Source: a virus. Taken from it: 64,000 bases of DNA. The stretch lies in the IMG/VR virus record IMGVR_UViG_3300021963_007958, one strand, 5' to 3'. Shown here in pieces: positions 20,319-29,465 of this stretch. Both the position numbers and the translations under genes were made by a program. Numbering within the stretch: position 1 is the first letter of the stretch; each line of letters starts with the position of its first letter. The notes below the pieces were generated by a model that saw nothing but the letters and a program-made list of their open reading frames with translations, was not told the origin of the DNA and did no database searches.

Positions 20319-21422
20319 TTACTTTTTATTTTTTACTGAAGTATTTACCTTATTGGAAGTTCCAGCCGGGGTTTCTTGTTTTTTAACCTCTTCCGCCTTC
20401 TCTTTTCCTTTCTCCTTTGCAGTTTCTTTTGAAACATTCTCGGTTCCAGGAATAGGAAATCCTATGCGTCTTCTTTCTGCTGGTTCCATCTTAGCTTCAA
20501 GAGAATCCATCTCTTTAGCGAGCTTATTGATATCATTAAAGTCTTGACTAGCAATAACCTTCTTGCCTTTGTTTTTTCTATCCAGCTCTTCAATATCCTC
20601 CTTAGTTCCCTTCAGTTTATCAATTTCTCTCTGGATTTGTTTTTTGTCGAAATCTTTCTTGGTGTTTTTGAGTTCCTTTTCGAGATCTATAATTTCGTGA
20701 TCGAGCTTAGCTATAGCTTCTATTCTTCCTTTTTTGTTCTTGAGAGATTCTCTATAGTCAGAAGAGTCTTCTTTTTCTCTCTTCTCTTGATTCTTAGCAT
20801 CAGTCTCTAGCTTCTTTTTGGACTTTTCTGCTTCATCTTTAGCCTTTTTGATTTCTGCTTCTAGATCTTTAAGATCTTCAGGGCTTGAAGATGCTCTCTG
20901 CTTAGCTAATCTATATTCAAATTCAGCAAGATCAAGTTCATCCTGTGATTTTCCAGCCTCCCAATATTCCATTCTTCTCTTGTTACCCTTGATAGCATCT
21001 TTAATTGTAGAGATTGCCTTCTCAATTCTCAGATTTATCATTTTATTATAAGACTGATGCTCTTTCGTTTTAGCCTCTAAAGTCTTATTAACTCTATCGA
21101 TACCAGCTTCATCTTTAGTTTTAGAAAGCTCCTTGATGCTATTCTTCAGAGAATTTATTTCATCTTCAAAGGTATATTTTTTTTGAAGTGATTCTTTCTC
21201 CATTTTTAGAACTTCTGCTCTAACTTTATCGATCATACTGATGTAAGAAAGTGATCCTAAAAAAGTCTTAGACAAAGTATTTTTTATTGAATCAAAAACT
21301 CCTTCATTAACAGATTCTTCTCCAGCAAAGTAATCTGCAAGAGATTCTGCAAGAGCCGGAGTTATTTTCCCATTTAAAGGATTATTTTCTTCAAATTCTT
21401 GAAAGCTTGGTATTAAAGTCAT
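20319..21422 (-). CDS. coiled-coil putative internal head protein
   Basis: Leader MTLIPSFQEFEE; VNEGVFDSIK..LSKTFLG and EYWEAGKSQDE; GATATATA at 21448-21455. Confidence 0.6.
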   Translation of the reverse strand: MTLIPSFQEFEENNPLNGKITPALAESLADYFAGEESVNEGVFDSIKNTLSKTFLGSLSYISMIDKVRAEVLKMEKESLQKKYTFEDEINSLKNSIKELSKTKDEAGIDRVNKTLEAKTKEHQSYNKMINLRIEKAISTIKDAIKGNKRRMEYWEAGKSQDELDLAEFEYRLAKQRASSSPEDLKDLEAEIKKAKDEAEKSKKKLETDAKNQEKREKEDSSDYRESLKNKKGRIEAIAKLDHEIIDLEKELKNTKKDFDKKQIQREIDKLKGTKEDIEELDRKNKGKKVIASQDFNDINKLAKEMDSLEAKMEPAERRRIGFPIPGTENVSKETAKEKGKEKAEEVKKQETPAGTSNKVNTSVKNKK

Positions 21423-21477
21423 ATCTACAGTTTAGTTATTTATGCTCTATATATCAACAGAAAAATAATTTCCACAG

Positions 21478-21507
21478 AAAAAAACCCCTGGAAGACCAGG
21501 GGTTTTT
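21478..21507 (-). terminator. intrinsic terminator after the major capsid gene
   Basis: AAAAACCCCTGG-AAGA-CCAGGGGTTTTT hairpin with a T7 tract on the minus strand. Confidence 0.9.
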
Positions 21508-21535
21508 ATAAAGGTAATCGTGTTATTGATTAAGA

Positions 21536-23242
21536 TTAAGCTAATCCACCAACTGGAACGTTTACGTAGAAAGTGAAGTAAAGAGTTTCTGGGTTGAAAC
21601 CTGCTTCTACTAGTGCGTATCTGCTCTTAACTGCGATCTTAGGAGACATAGTACCTTCAGAAATGGTTTGGATTGACTCCGCCATCATGTAAGGCATGAA
21701 CTTAAGACCTGGCTCGTCATCTCCACCTTTTCTACCGATACAAACTCTTGTGTCGCTGTATTGCATGTTTTGGTCAACATATACAGTCATACCAGCTAGA
21801 GAACCAACTGGGTAAAGAGTACCGTTATTCTGAGTTAGAGTGTTAGAGAATGGAGCAAAAGTGAATTGGCTGATGTCTTGCATCGCAGACGCTAGGTAAG
21901 CGTTAGTTACGATGAAGTTAGCAGGACCTCTTCTACCTCTGTTAGCTACAACGTTAGCAGCTGCTAGGATTCTAGAGAATAGTCTTCTCTGAAGAGTAGA
22001 CAAGTTCTCGTATCCACCGTTAGCAGGACCTGCTGGAAGAGACATAGTAGCTAGGTTGTCAGTCTTATCCATGTAAACTAGGGTGTTAGTACCAGTAGCA
22101 CCACCAAGAACCAAGTTCAAGTTAAGGTTTTGACCTTCAATTTGGTTGAAGTTGTAGCAGTTAGACCAACCTAGTTGGAATGCTCTTGACAAGATGTGCT
22201 TGTTGATAGACTGAGAAACTTCGTTAACAAGTGCGTTCTCGATCATAGAGATTACGTCGATACCGAACTGCTTGTTAAGATCTTGGATTTGCTCAGTTGT
22301 TACAGAAGCAGCAACTTGGAAAGTGTCAGCTTCTACGAACTTAGTGAAGGTTGTTAGACCCATTGAGTTGTAGTAAGTGCTTTCTGCAACTGATCTCAAC
22401 ATTGGGTTGTAAGTCTTCTGACCATTTACATAAGGACCTTGGAATGCTTGATCATCATAGAAACCAGCACCTGAGAAACCTTGGATGTGATCTTCTAGAG
22501 CTTTAACTAGTTGAGCAACACCTGCTGCGTTTCCGATGTCATTTGAGTTAACAGAAGTACCGATAAGAGCACCTGCAGTTACAACAGCAGCAACAGTTTC
22601 ACCTGCAGTGATAGCAGTAATTCTGAAGATTGGGTAGCCATCGATTCTTGAGTAACCAACGAAAGCGGTAGTGATGTAAGCACCAGCTGAACCAACTTGT
22701 GTGATGTAGTAAGTGCTTCCTACAGTCATAGCAGCAGCGGTAGATCCCATAGGAACCTTAATCATAGTAGGAGCAACTGCTAGAGCTTCAGCAGCTGTAG
22801 TTCCAACTTGGTTAGAATTAGGAGAAAGTTTACCACCTGCGTAAACGTAGTCTAGGTAAGAAAGAACTCCTGAAGGACCAGACATAGGAATAACTGGAAC
22901 GATGTCAAAACCAACAGTCTTCGCAGCAACTTGAATTGCCAATGGAAGAAGTGAAGGGAATTTGTCACCAGAACCTTGCCAGGTTGAGCTGTAGAAACCA
23001 GCGTTTGGAGAAAGTCCACCTACTGATCCAGCTTGAGTTGTTTGAGGGAATACAGGAGGTTGAACTGAACCCATACCGTTAACAACTGCTAGAGAGTTGT
23101 AAGCACCAGCTGATTCGTTCAATGAGTGGTAGTGGCAGTACTTAGAAAGCCATTGAGTTTTTGATGAATCGTTGATACCAGTCTTAGACTCGATGATAGG
23201 AGCCCAGGTATCGAAGATTTCTTTTTCGTTAATAAGTTTCAT
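21536..23242 (-). CDS. major capsid protein (T4 gp23-like)
   Basis: VPVIPMSGPSG, TTEQIQDL, EVSQSINK, RGRRGPANFIV, PGLKFMPY, PKIAVKSRYAL; follows the protease gene; strong codon bias. Confidence 0.92.
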   Translation of the reverse strand: MKLINEKEIFDTWAPIIESKTGINDSSKTQWLSKYCHYHSLNESAGAYNSLAVVNGMGSVQPPVFPQTTQAGSVGGLSPNAGFYSSTWQGSGDKFPSLLPLAIQVAAKTVGFDIVPVIPMSGPSGVLSYLDYVYAGGKLSPNSNQVGTTAAEALAVAPTMIKVPMGSTAAAMTVGSTYYITQVGSAGAYITTAFVGYSRIDGYPIFRITAITAGETVAAVVTAGALIGTSVNSNDIGNAAGVAQLVKALEDHIQGFSGAGFYDDQAFQGPYVNGQKTYNPMLRSVAESTYYNSMGLTTFTKFVEADTFQVAASVTTEQIQDLNKQFGIDVISMIENALVNEVSQSINKHILSRAFQLGWSNCYNFNQIEGQNLNLNLVLGGATGTNTLVYMDKTDNLATMSLPAGPANGGYENLSTLQRRLFSRILAAANVVANRGRRGPANFIVTNAYLASAMQDISQFTFAPFSNTLTQNNGTLYPVGSLAGMTVYVDQNMQYSDTRVCIGRKGGDDEPGLKFMPYMMAESIQTISEGTMSPKIAVKSRYALVEAGFNPETLYFTFYVNVPVGGLA

Positions 23243-23274
23243 AACTTTTTTTATTTTTTATTTGTTTTTTGGTT

Positions 23275-25347
23275 TTAGAATTTTCCTTCGAGAGCTTCAG
23301 CAATCGATCTTAGATAATCGTTAGAATATCCAATAGGAGTTACTGGTGTCTCGTTGGTTTCGATATTTTCGTTCTCAACAAGTTTTTGAAGACCAAGATT
23401 TCTGCCAAGTTGACGAGTTGACCAGAAGTTTTTGATTTGGTAAGGAGTTTCTAAGTTGTAGAAGGAAGCTTGAGCAATCAAAGATTGTCTGTGTCCTTCA
23501 CTTAGAGATTCCCAAACCTGAGCATATTCTTCAGGAGCTTCGTCTACAAATTTGTAACCTGCGCTTGGTTTAGATTCTTCTTCGTTCAAGTTCTCGTTTA
23601 GAACTAGGTCTGCCTTTTGGGTTTGAGCAGGCAACTGGAATCTTTCAGCTGCTTTGTTTGTAAGGGTTTCAGTTTTTTGGGTTTGAACTGATTCTATTAG
23701 TGCGTCAATTTTGCTAGAAACTGTTGAGTAATCTCCTGCAAAACCTGACTCAAATAGACCTGCATTAGAAGCTAGGTCTGCTTGTTCGATTGCGCTCTCG
23801 TTGATTGAATCACCAAGAGAGTTGTTTACGCTTTCTGCAATATATTCAGAATAAGCGATGTTGTTTTTAACTTTTTCTGCTAGATAGTCAGAATAAGCAA
23901 TTCCTTTATTTAGGTTTTCAGCCAGATACTCAGAGTAAGCAATTCCTTTATTTAGGTTTTCTGCTACATACTCGGTGTATCCGATACCTTGATCTAGTTT
24001 TTCTGCGATATATTCGCTGTAACCGATACCCTGATCTACTTTTTCTGCTAGGTACTCTGAATAAGAAATTCCTTTGTCAAGATTTTCTGCAAGATACTCA
24101 GAATAAGAAATGTTGGTGTCTACTTTTTCAGCCACATACTCAGAATACTGGATTGACTCGTCTACTTTTTCTGCTAGATATTTAGCGTATTCTACAGACT
24201 TATCAAGATTTTCAGCTACATACTCCGAATAAGAGATTGATTTATCCACGTTTTCAGCAAGATACTTAGAGTAAGAAATATTCTTGTCCAAGTTCTCAGC
24301 CAAATATTTAGAATAAGTGATGCTGTTGTCTAGATTTTCTGCCAAGTATTCTCCATACTTAATAGCTCCGCTTAGAGTTTCTGCTAGGTAGTTAGAATAT
24401 TTTTCTAGTTTAGCAACTCTGTCTTCCATAGATTCAGTAGAAGTAGCAGAAGGACCGTTGTTGTAACCGTTACCAAGAGCAGGCATAGGCTTGTTGAAGC
24501 TCAATGCTTGACCTTCTTCAACTCTTTCTGATCTTAAACTAGCAATTTCAGCCTTCATGGCGTCCATTTCTTTCTTTAAGAACATTGTGTACTGGTTAAG
24601 ATCATCAGCACTTACAAATTCTCTGTTAGGGGTATTCTCCATAATAGTGGATTTATTTTTATCTTTGTTGATTATTTTTTTAAATTCTTCGTTGTCGTTG
24701 ACATTATATATCCTCAAAGAATCGCTATTTTTTAGTCCTAGTGATTCATTTACACATTCTAGACCATTAATAACGCTTTTTTGTCTCTTATATATAACTT
24801 CATCGTGTGAAAAACCAGCACTTTCGTATACTCTCTCAAGCTGAGCGTCCTGAAATCCAGGGTCTGCTACAAGATCATAAGTGAAGATTTTCTTGATTTG
24901 AACCTTTTTATCTGGTCCTACATTACCAGCAGCTCTAGAAGAAATAGAAAGAGGAACTCCTGCATCTACAAGTCTTTTTGCAATTTGTCCTGCTGGGGTG
25001 TCTAGTAATCTAACTTTAATTCCAATTGTTCTTCCCTCTCTGTCATGAGTTAGATCCTCGATGACGTGGGAAACATTATTTAAAGAAATATCAAACTTCT
25101 CTGGGTGATCTAACTCACCAACAAGTCTTTTTTGTTTGATTTTATCCTTTAGATAATCTAAATGCGGAAGGTATTCACCTTCTTCGTAGATACGATTGTT
25201 ATTGTTTTCTTTCCCGAACTGAGCAGCAATACCCTTAAGGATATACTCTTTTCCTTCAGAAGTCATCTCTTTGGATGCTTCTAGGATTTGATTCTGCTTC
25301 TCCAGAATGAAAACCATATTTTCGTTAAGTGTTGAAGTTCTTGACAT
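23275..25347 (-). CDS. prohead protease (gp21-like) fused to scaffold (gp22-like)
   Basis: NNNNRIY, LVGELDHP, SISSRAAG, TYDLVADPGF protease motifs followed by a coiled-coil repeat region. Confidence 0.9.
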   Translation of the reverse strand: MSRTSTLNENMVFILEKQNQILEASKEMTSEGKEYILKGIAAQFGKENNNNRIYEEGEYLPHLDYLKDKIKQKRLVGELDHPEKFDISLNNVSHVIEDLTHDREGRTIGIKVRLLDTPAGQIAKRLVDAGVPLSISSRAAGNVGPDKKVQIKKIFTYDLVADPGFQDAQLERVYESAGFSHDEVIYKRQKSVINGLECVNESLGLKNSDSLRIYNVNDNEEFKKIINKDKNKSTIMENTPNREFVSADDLNQYTMFLKKEMDAMKAEIASLRSERVEEGQALSFNKPMPALGNGYNNGPSATSTESMEDRVAKLEKYSNYLAETLSGAIKYGEYLAENLDNSITYSKYLAENLDKNISYSKYLAENVDKSISYSEYVAENLDKSVEYAKYLAEKVDESIQYSEYVAEKVDTNISYSEYLAENLDKGISYSEYLAEKVDQGIGYSEYIAEKLDQGIGYTEYVAENLNKGIAYSEYLAENLNKGIAYSDYLAEKVKNNIAYSEYIAESVNNSLGDSINESAIEQADLASNAGLFESGFAGDYSTVSSKIDALIESVQTQKTETLTNKAAERFQLPAQTQKADLVLNENLNEEESKPSAGYKFVDEAPEEYAQVWESLSEGHRQSLIAQASFYNLETPYQIKNFWSTRQLGRNLGLQKLVENENIETNETPVTPIGYSNDYLRSIAEALEGKF
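23815..24402 (-). repeat. 14 tandem 42-bp (14-aa) coding repeats, consensus SYSEYLAENLDKGI
   Basis: Counted directly in the translation. Confidence 0.9.
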
Positions 25348-25371
25348 TCTTACTTTCTATTTTATGTTACT

Positions 25372-25379
25372 TATATATC
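25372..25379 (-). promoter_or_regulatory. putative late promoter GATATATA (protease/capsid operon; representative site)
   Basis: Same GAT(A/T)ATA-type octamer lies just upstream of many structural genes; resembles T4 late TATAAATA. Confidence 0.7.
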
Positions 25380-25442
25380 TAACGTTTTTAGAAAAAAATT
25401 GATTATTTTTTAACGTTTATAGGCTAGATATATTATTTTTTA

Positions 25443-27893
25443 TTAGTCTTCCTTCTCGTCTTTATCTTCTACCTCACGGAATCCTGCTTGAATTCTATTG
25501 GCAACCTTTAAAGCAGTATCAAAATTGGCATCATCAGATTTGATTTTTCTCTTTCTGTCTCCGGTAATTCCACCGGATTTAAACTTAATCATGATAGGTT
25601 CTCCAGTCTTTCCGTCTTTATAAATTTTAACTTTTTTGATGTAGTCCCAGTCCTCCATGTCAAGATCTTTCTTCTCTTCCGGTGTAACCATATCTAAAAG
25701 TTTAATGTTATCATCTTTATCTTTGTCCTTGATCTTATTTACATCAGGTATACCGATAGAATTTAGAGCATCCGGGTTGTCTTGATACTTGATCTTAACC
25801 TCGTCAGGAGTTATTTCTACGGGAACCCCTCCCTCTATATTTGGTCCGGTTGCCCCAGTTACGCCCTCTACACCAACTGGCACTGGCTCTGGAGCTTCCT
25901 CACTCTCGATAGAAATAGATCCTCTCTTTGGATCTTTAACGATTATATTTTGAACGGGATCTACTTTAATAGATGAATTGTCTTCTGCTTCTAGATAATC
26001 CGTTGGAACGATAAAAACCTTAAGTTCTGGAAGATCTTGACCTTCTAGTGAAGAATCTGCAAATTCGATTTTAGTTACTTCATATGCAGCAACCTTTTGA
26101 GCTTCAGTTAAACTAACTTTTGCTGCTTCTGCCTGTGCTGTCTCTACGTCTTCGGATTTCTCTTCCTCTTCAAAAATTTTAATTTCTTCATTTAGAGAGA
26201 TTTTCTGAAATTCTGAGAAGCTAAAAACTTCAAATTTATGAGACTCGTTCTTTGGAGCTTCTTCTGTCTTTCCTTCCGGTACATCAAATGTGGCTTTTAC
26301 CTTCTCTGCATCTTTTAGATTTTCTACCAGAGATCCAGTAACATTTACTTCTCTAGAGGACTTTCCGGACTTAAAGTAGAAAGAATACTCCTTAGGTGCA
26401 TTTTCAGGAACAACTAACATCTCATCGTCTGATGATTTATAAGCCTGATCAATTTCGTCCCATTTACAATACCCATGAAAGAAAGCAGCTGCTCCTGCAT
26501 CTTTTCCCCCCGGAGGAATAATCATTTCCATCTCAATATCGTCGTTATCAAAAACTCCGTGCTCAAATTTTGCATTCTGATCAAACGCAATAAAGATGGT
26601 TGGATTTTCCTTCAACATTTTATCATACATTTCAGAATGTATATTGATTAAGTAAAATAAAGCTTTTCCTTTAAAGTTACCAATCTTTAGAAGATTCATT
26701 GTAGTTCTGGTATCGTTGGTGACTAAAGCATTCCCGATAGCTGCCAGAATCCCGCTCTGTCCAGCTTCCTGGGTCCAACAAACTGTAATTTCTGACCCGT
26801 CTGGAATAGATCCCGGAGCAAAAGAATCATGTGCATCCACACCTTCATCTTCTATTTCTCCGTATCTAGGAGCCTGGTTATCGCTAAACCAATTGTATAG
26901 CTGTTGACCCGCCATTACTCCAGTAATGACCCAACCAACGGGATTTGATCCCTTTCCTACTCCGGCAGCAGCTCTTGCCATATTCGCAGTTTCGGCTCCG
27001 AACTTCAAAATTTCTAGACCTCTAAATCCAGTTTTATATGCAGTAATTGCTCCCTTAATAAAAGGAACCGCTCCGCCTAGGGATCTAACAAAGTACCAAG
27101 TGCTCTTTCCTAGAGTAGATAGAGTCTTCATTCCAGGAATAACTTCTCCGAGTATTTTTCCCCATCTCATCCTAGTAGCAAGATTAGCTGCAATTTTTAC
27201 TCCAAAGGCAACCCCTGCAATAGCAAGTGTTCCGCCAAGAGCAACTCTACCTATAATTTTTCCGGTTTTTATTAGGGTATCTGCTATAGAAGAATTTTCC
27301 GAGATTTTCCCAGTTAAAATGGTTTCGTCTATTTCTCCAATAACAAATTTAGAAGATGAAGAAGACTGGAAAGGTTTAAACTTATAAGCATTTCTGGATT
27401 GCTCAACGTCTTGGCCATTTTCGCCCTGAAGATCCAGAATAAGTGCATATTCTACATTTGCTTGCAGTTTCTCAAAAGAAATATTTAGAATGATTTTTCC
27501 TTCTTTTAGAAGTTTATTATAGGCAAAAACAAATTTGGTAAATCTCTTGGAAGCCTCCTCGTCCGAGATTTCAGATCCCGTTTCTTCTTTTCCCTCCTCT
27601 TCCATTAGGGAGGAAAATTCAGAAAAGCTAACAATCTGAGGATTTATCTCTCCAGAATCAACCAAAGACTCAAAAATTTCTTTAGTCGACCCTTTAAATA
27701 TTGGATGCTCACTTTCTGCCTTCCAATCTCTGGGATGAGATTTTAACCACTGATCCCACTTCGGAGTAGGTGCCCACCACTGGAAGTCATTCAGTTCTAC
27801 TTTCTCTCCTCCCTGATTAACAGGAATCTCTAGTAAAGGGAGAAGTTGGCCGTCTGTAAAATTACTCTTATCTTTTGGGAAAAAAACTACCAT
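25443..27893 (-). CDS. large putative internal/ejection virion protein with hydrophobic segments
   Basis: Gly/Ala-rich hydrophobic stretches (VALGGTLAIAGVAFGVKIA; SNPVGWVITGVMAG); internal FSEF..L(N/M)EE motifs. Confidence 0.55.
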   Translation of the reverse strand: MVVFFPKDKSNFTDGQLLPLLEIPVNQGGEKVELNDFQWWAPTPKWDQWLKSHPRDWKAESEHPIFKGSTKEIFESLVDSGEINPQIVSFSEFSSLMEEEGKEETGSEISDEEASKRFTKFVFAYNKLLKEGKIILNISFEKLQANVEYALILDLQGENGQDVEQSRNAYKFKPFQSSSSSKFVIGEIDETILTGKISENSSIADTLIKTGKIIGRVALGGTLAIAGVAFGVKIAANLATRMRWGKILGEVIPGMKTLSTLGKSTWYFVRSLGGAVPFIKGAITAYKTGFRGLEILKFGAETANMARAAAGVGKGSNPVGWVITGVMAGQQLYNWFSDNQAPRYGEIEDEGVDAHDSFAPGSIPDGSEITVCWTQEAGQSGILAAIGNALVTNDTRTTMNLLKIGNFKGKALFYLINIHSEMYDKMLKENPTIFIAFDQNAKFEHGVFDNDDIEMEMIIPPGGKDAGAAAFFHGYCKWDEIDQAYKSSDDEMLVVPENAPKEYSFYFKSGKSSREVNVTGSLVENLKDAEKVKATFDVPEGKTEEAPKNESHKFEVFSFSEFQKISLNEEIKIFEEEEKSEDVETAQAEAAKVSLTEAQKVAAYEVTKIEFADSSLEGQDLPELKVFIVPTDYLEAEDNSSIKVDPVQNIIVKDPKRGSISIESEEAPEPVPVGVEGVTGATGPNIEGGVPVEITPDEVKIKYQDNPDALNSIGIPDVNKIKDKDKDDNIKLLDMVTPEEKKDLDMEDWDYIKKVKIYKDGKTGEPIMIKFKSGGITGDRKRKIKSDDANFDTALKVANRIQAGFREVEDKDEKED

Positions 27894-27908
27894 TCTTATT
27901 TATGTCTT

Positions 27909-28703
27909 TTATTCTGAATATATTCTGTCGTAAGCCTCCGAGATGATGTTTATCAACTTTTCTATATATCCGTCATTTCTAAGCTTCTTAAAGGCTAAGT
28001 TCCCGACAGAAAACTCCCCTCCTTTTTCCAGTCCCTCTTTCCTCATCTTGTGAATCTTTTCCTTTAGTTTGTTTGCCCTCTTGTAAAGAGATCTAGCATC
28101 TTTTGGAAGAGTCGTAGAAGAAATCAACTTATCCCCAAACTGATTTATGTCCTGCTCGATTCCATCGGCTTTTTTATAAACATCGTCCTCGTCTACAGAC
28201 GGGGGATCAAACTTAGGCTTTCTAATCCATTCATTGTTCATTAGAGAGAAAAGACCCGATGAAGTGTGGGGCTCTTTTGAATCCTGAAGGTAAACCTCAA
28301 CATCGTGACCTCTCATCTTAATGTCATGTCTGATATTCCAGACAAACCTAATTCCATCTACAGCAGCTTTTAGAATCTTCTTGGGGGAATTAACTTTATC
28401 AAAATCCACCAGAACATGTAGATCTATATCTGATAAATCCGTGTAGTTATAATTTGCTAGAGATCCAGTTAGTTGAATATCAACTATGGGTTTCTTTCCA
28501 ATTGTGTCGTTGAATTTTTCATAAAATTCCTCTGCGATCTTAAGGAGTTTCTTCCTAATTACAGGATCTAAAATCCACTTTTCTTTCTTCCCATCCTTGG
28601 AAACCTTTTTGGTCCAGAACTTTGGATTTAGCTCATCGTGATAAAAAGCATTGATCTGCTTTTCAACTAAGAAGTAATCTTTAAAACTTTTTACTGACTC
28701 CAC
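27909..28703 (-). CDS. pol-beta superfamily nucleotidyltransferase
   Basis: LTGSLANYNYTDLSDIDLH (GS..DxD) and third acidic residue in DVEVY; GTG start. Confidence 0.8.
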   Translation of the reverse strand: MESVKSFKDYFLVEKQINAFYHDELNPKFWTKKVSKDGKKEKWILDPVIRKKLLKIAEEFYEKFNDTIGKKPIVDIQLTGSLANYNYTDLSDIDLHVLVDFDKVNSPKKILKAAVDGIRFVWNIRHDIKMRGHDVEVYLQDSKEPHTSSGLFSLMNNEWIRKPKFDPPSVDEDDVYKKADGIEQDINQFGDKLISSTTLPKDARSLYKRANKLKEKIHKMRKEGLEKGGEFSVGNLAFKKLRNDGYIEKLINIISEAYDRIYSE

Positions 28704-28706
28704 AAA

Positions 28707-28745
28707 AAAGGATTATTTGGATTTTATATATCCAAATAATCCTTT
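28707..28745 (-). terminator. 16-bp perfect hairpin (terminator-like) containing the GATATATA promoter motif
   Basis: AAAGGATTATTTGGAT-N7-ATCCAAATAATCCTTT, ending in a T6 run directly before the GTG on the minus strand. Confidence 0.75.
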
Positions 28746-28765
28746 CTTATTCTAAGATTAAAAAA

Positions 28766-29464
28766 TTATCTAGAGACTTTCTTTAGAACGTCCATCACCG
28801 TGACAACGTCTCTCTCACAATACTCTTTGATTCTCTCGTGATCTTTATCGTTCCAATAAGTTCCATGAACCTGAGACCCATCAATATCTTCCTTTGGGGA
28901 GTCTATTCCGAGGGAACAAGCCAGGAGATCAAGTCCTAAGAACTTCTGAGACCAGCTACCAAAAGAAAAGAATTCTGCAGTGTCCAAGATTGGTATCTCC
29001 CACGGTTTCTTATCCCAAAGCTGAAGATTAGAAGGAATATTTAAACCTTTAAATATCATTTTTTTTCCAAGAAATGGAATGTCAAACATCTTGATGTTAT
29101 GGCCGCATATCTTCATACCTTTAGCAGAAGCATTAGATAAAACTTTAGCACTCTTTTCTAAGATATCAGTTTCGTCCTCACCGTAGAAAGAAGTCATTCT
29201 ATGAGATCCAGATTCATCCCAAACACCAAAAGAGACACAGACAACTCTACCAAATTCTGGTTCAAGCCCAGCTTTCTGTGAGTAAATCTCCGAATCGGTT
29301 AGATCTTCCATACCCGGGGAATTTCCTCTAAAGTATTTTGCTCTTCTCTCCCAAAGCTTTGCAAGTCTAGGATTCTCAAGGACCATGTCCTCGTGGGTTC
29401 TATACCCTCCTGCCGTTTCAACGTCAAAGTAGAGGATGTTTTTTATATCGTCTTTTTTTATCAT
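28766..29464 (-). CDS. DEDD 3'-5' exonuclease (PolB-exo-like)
   Basis: YFDVET, GHNIKMFDIPFL, YCERDV; start moved to ATG at 29464. Confidence 0.85.
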   Translation of the reverse strand: MIKKDDIKNILYFDVETAGGYRTHEDMVLENPRLAKLWERRAKYFRGNSPGMEDLTDSEIYSQKAGLEPEFGRVVCVSFGVWDESGSHRMTSFYGEDETDILEKSAKVLSNASAKGMKICGHNIKMFDIPFLGKKMIFKGLNIPSNLQLWDKKPWEIPILDTAEFFSFGSWSQKFLGLDLLACSLGIDSPKEDIDGSQVHGTYWNDKDHERIKEYCERDVVTVMDVLKKVSR

Positions 29465-29465
29465 C

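Noticed and set aside
23815-24402. 42-bp repeats as CRISPR or iterons
   Set aside because: In-frame coding repeats of the scaffold.
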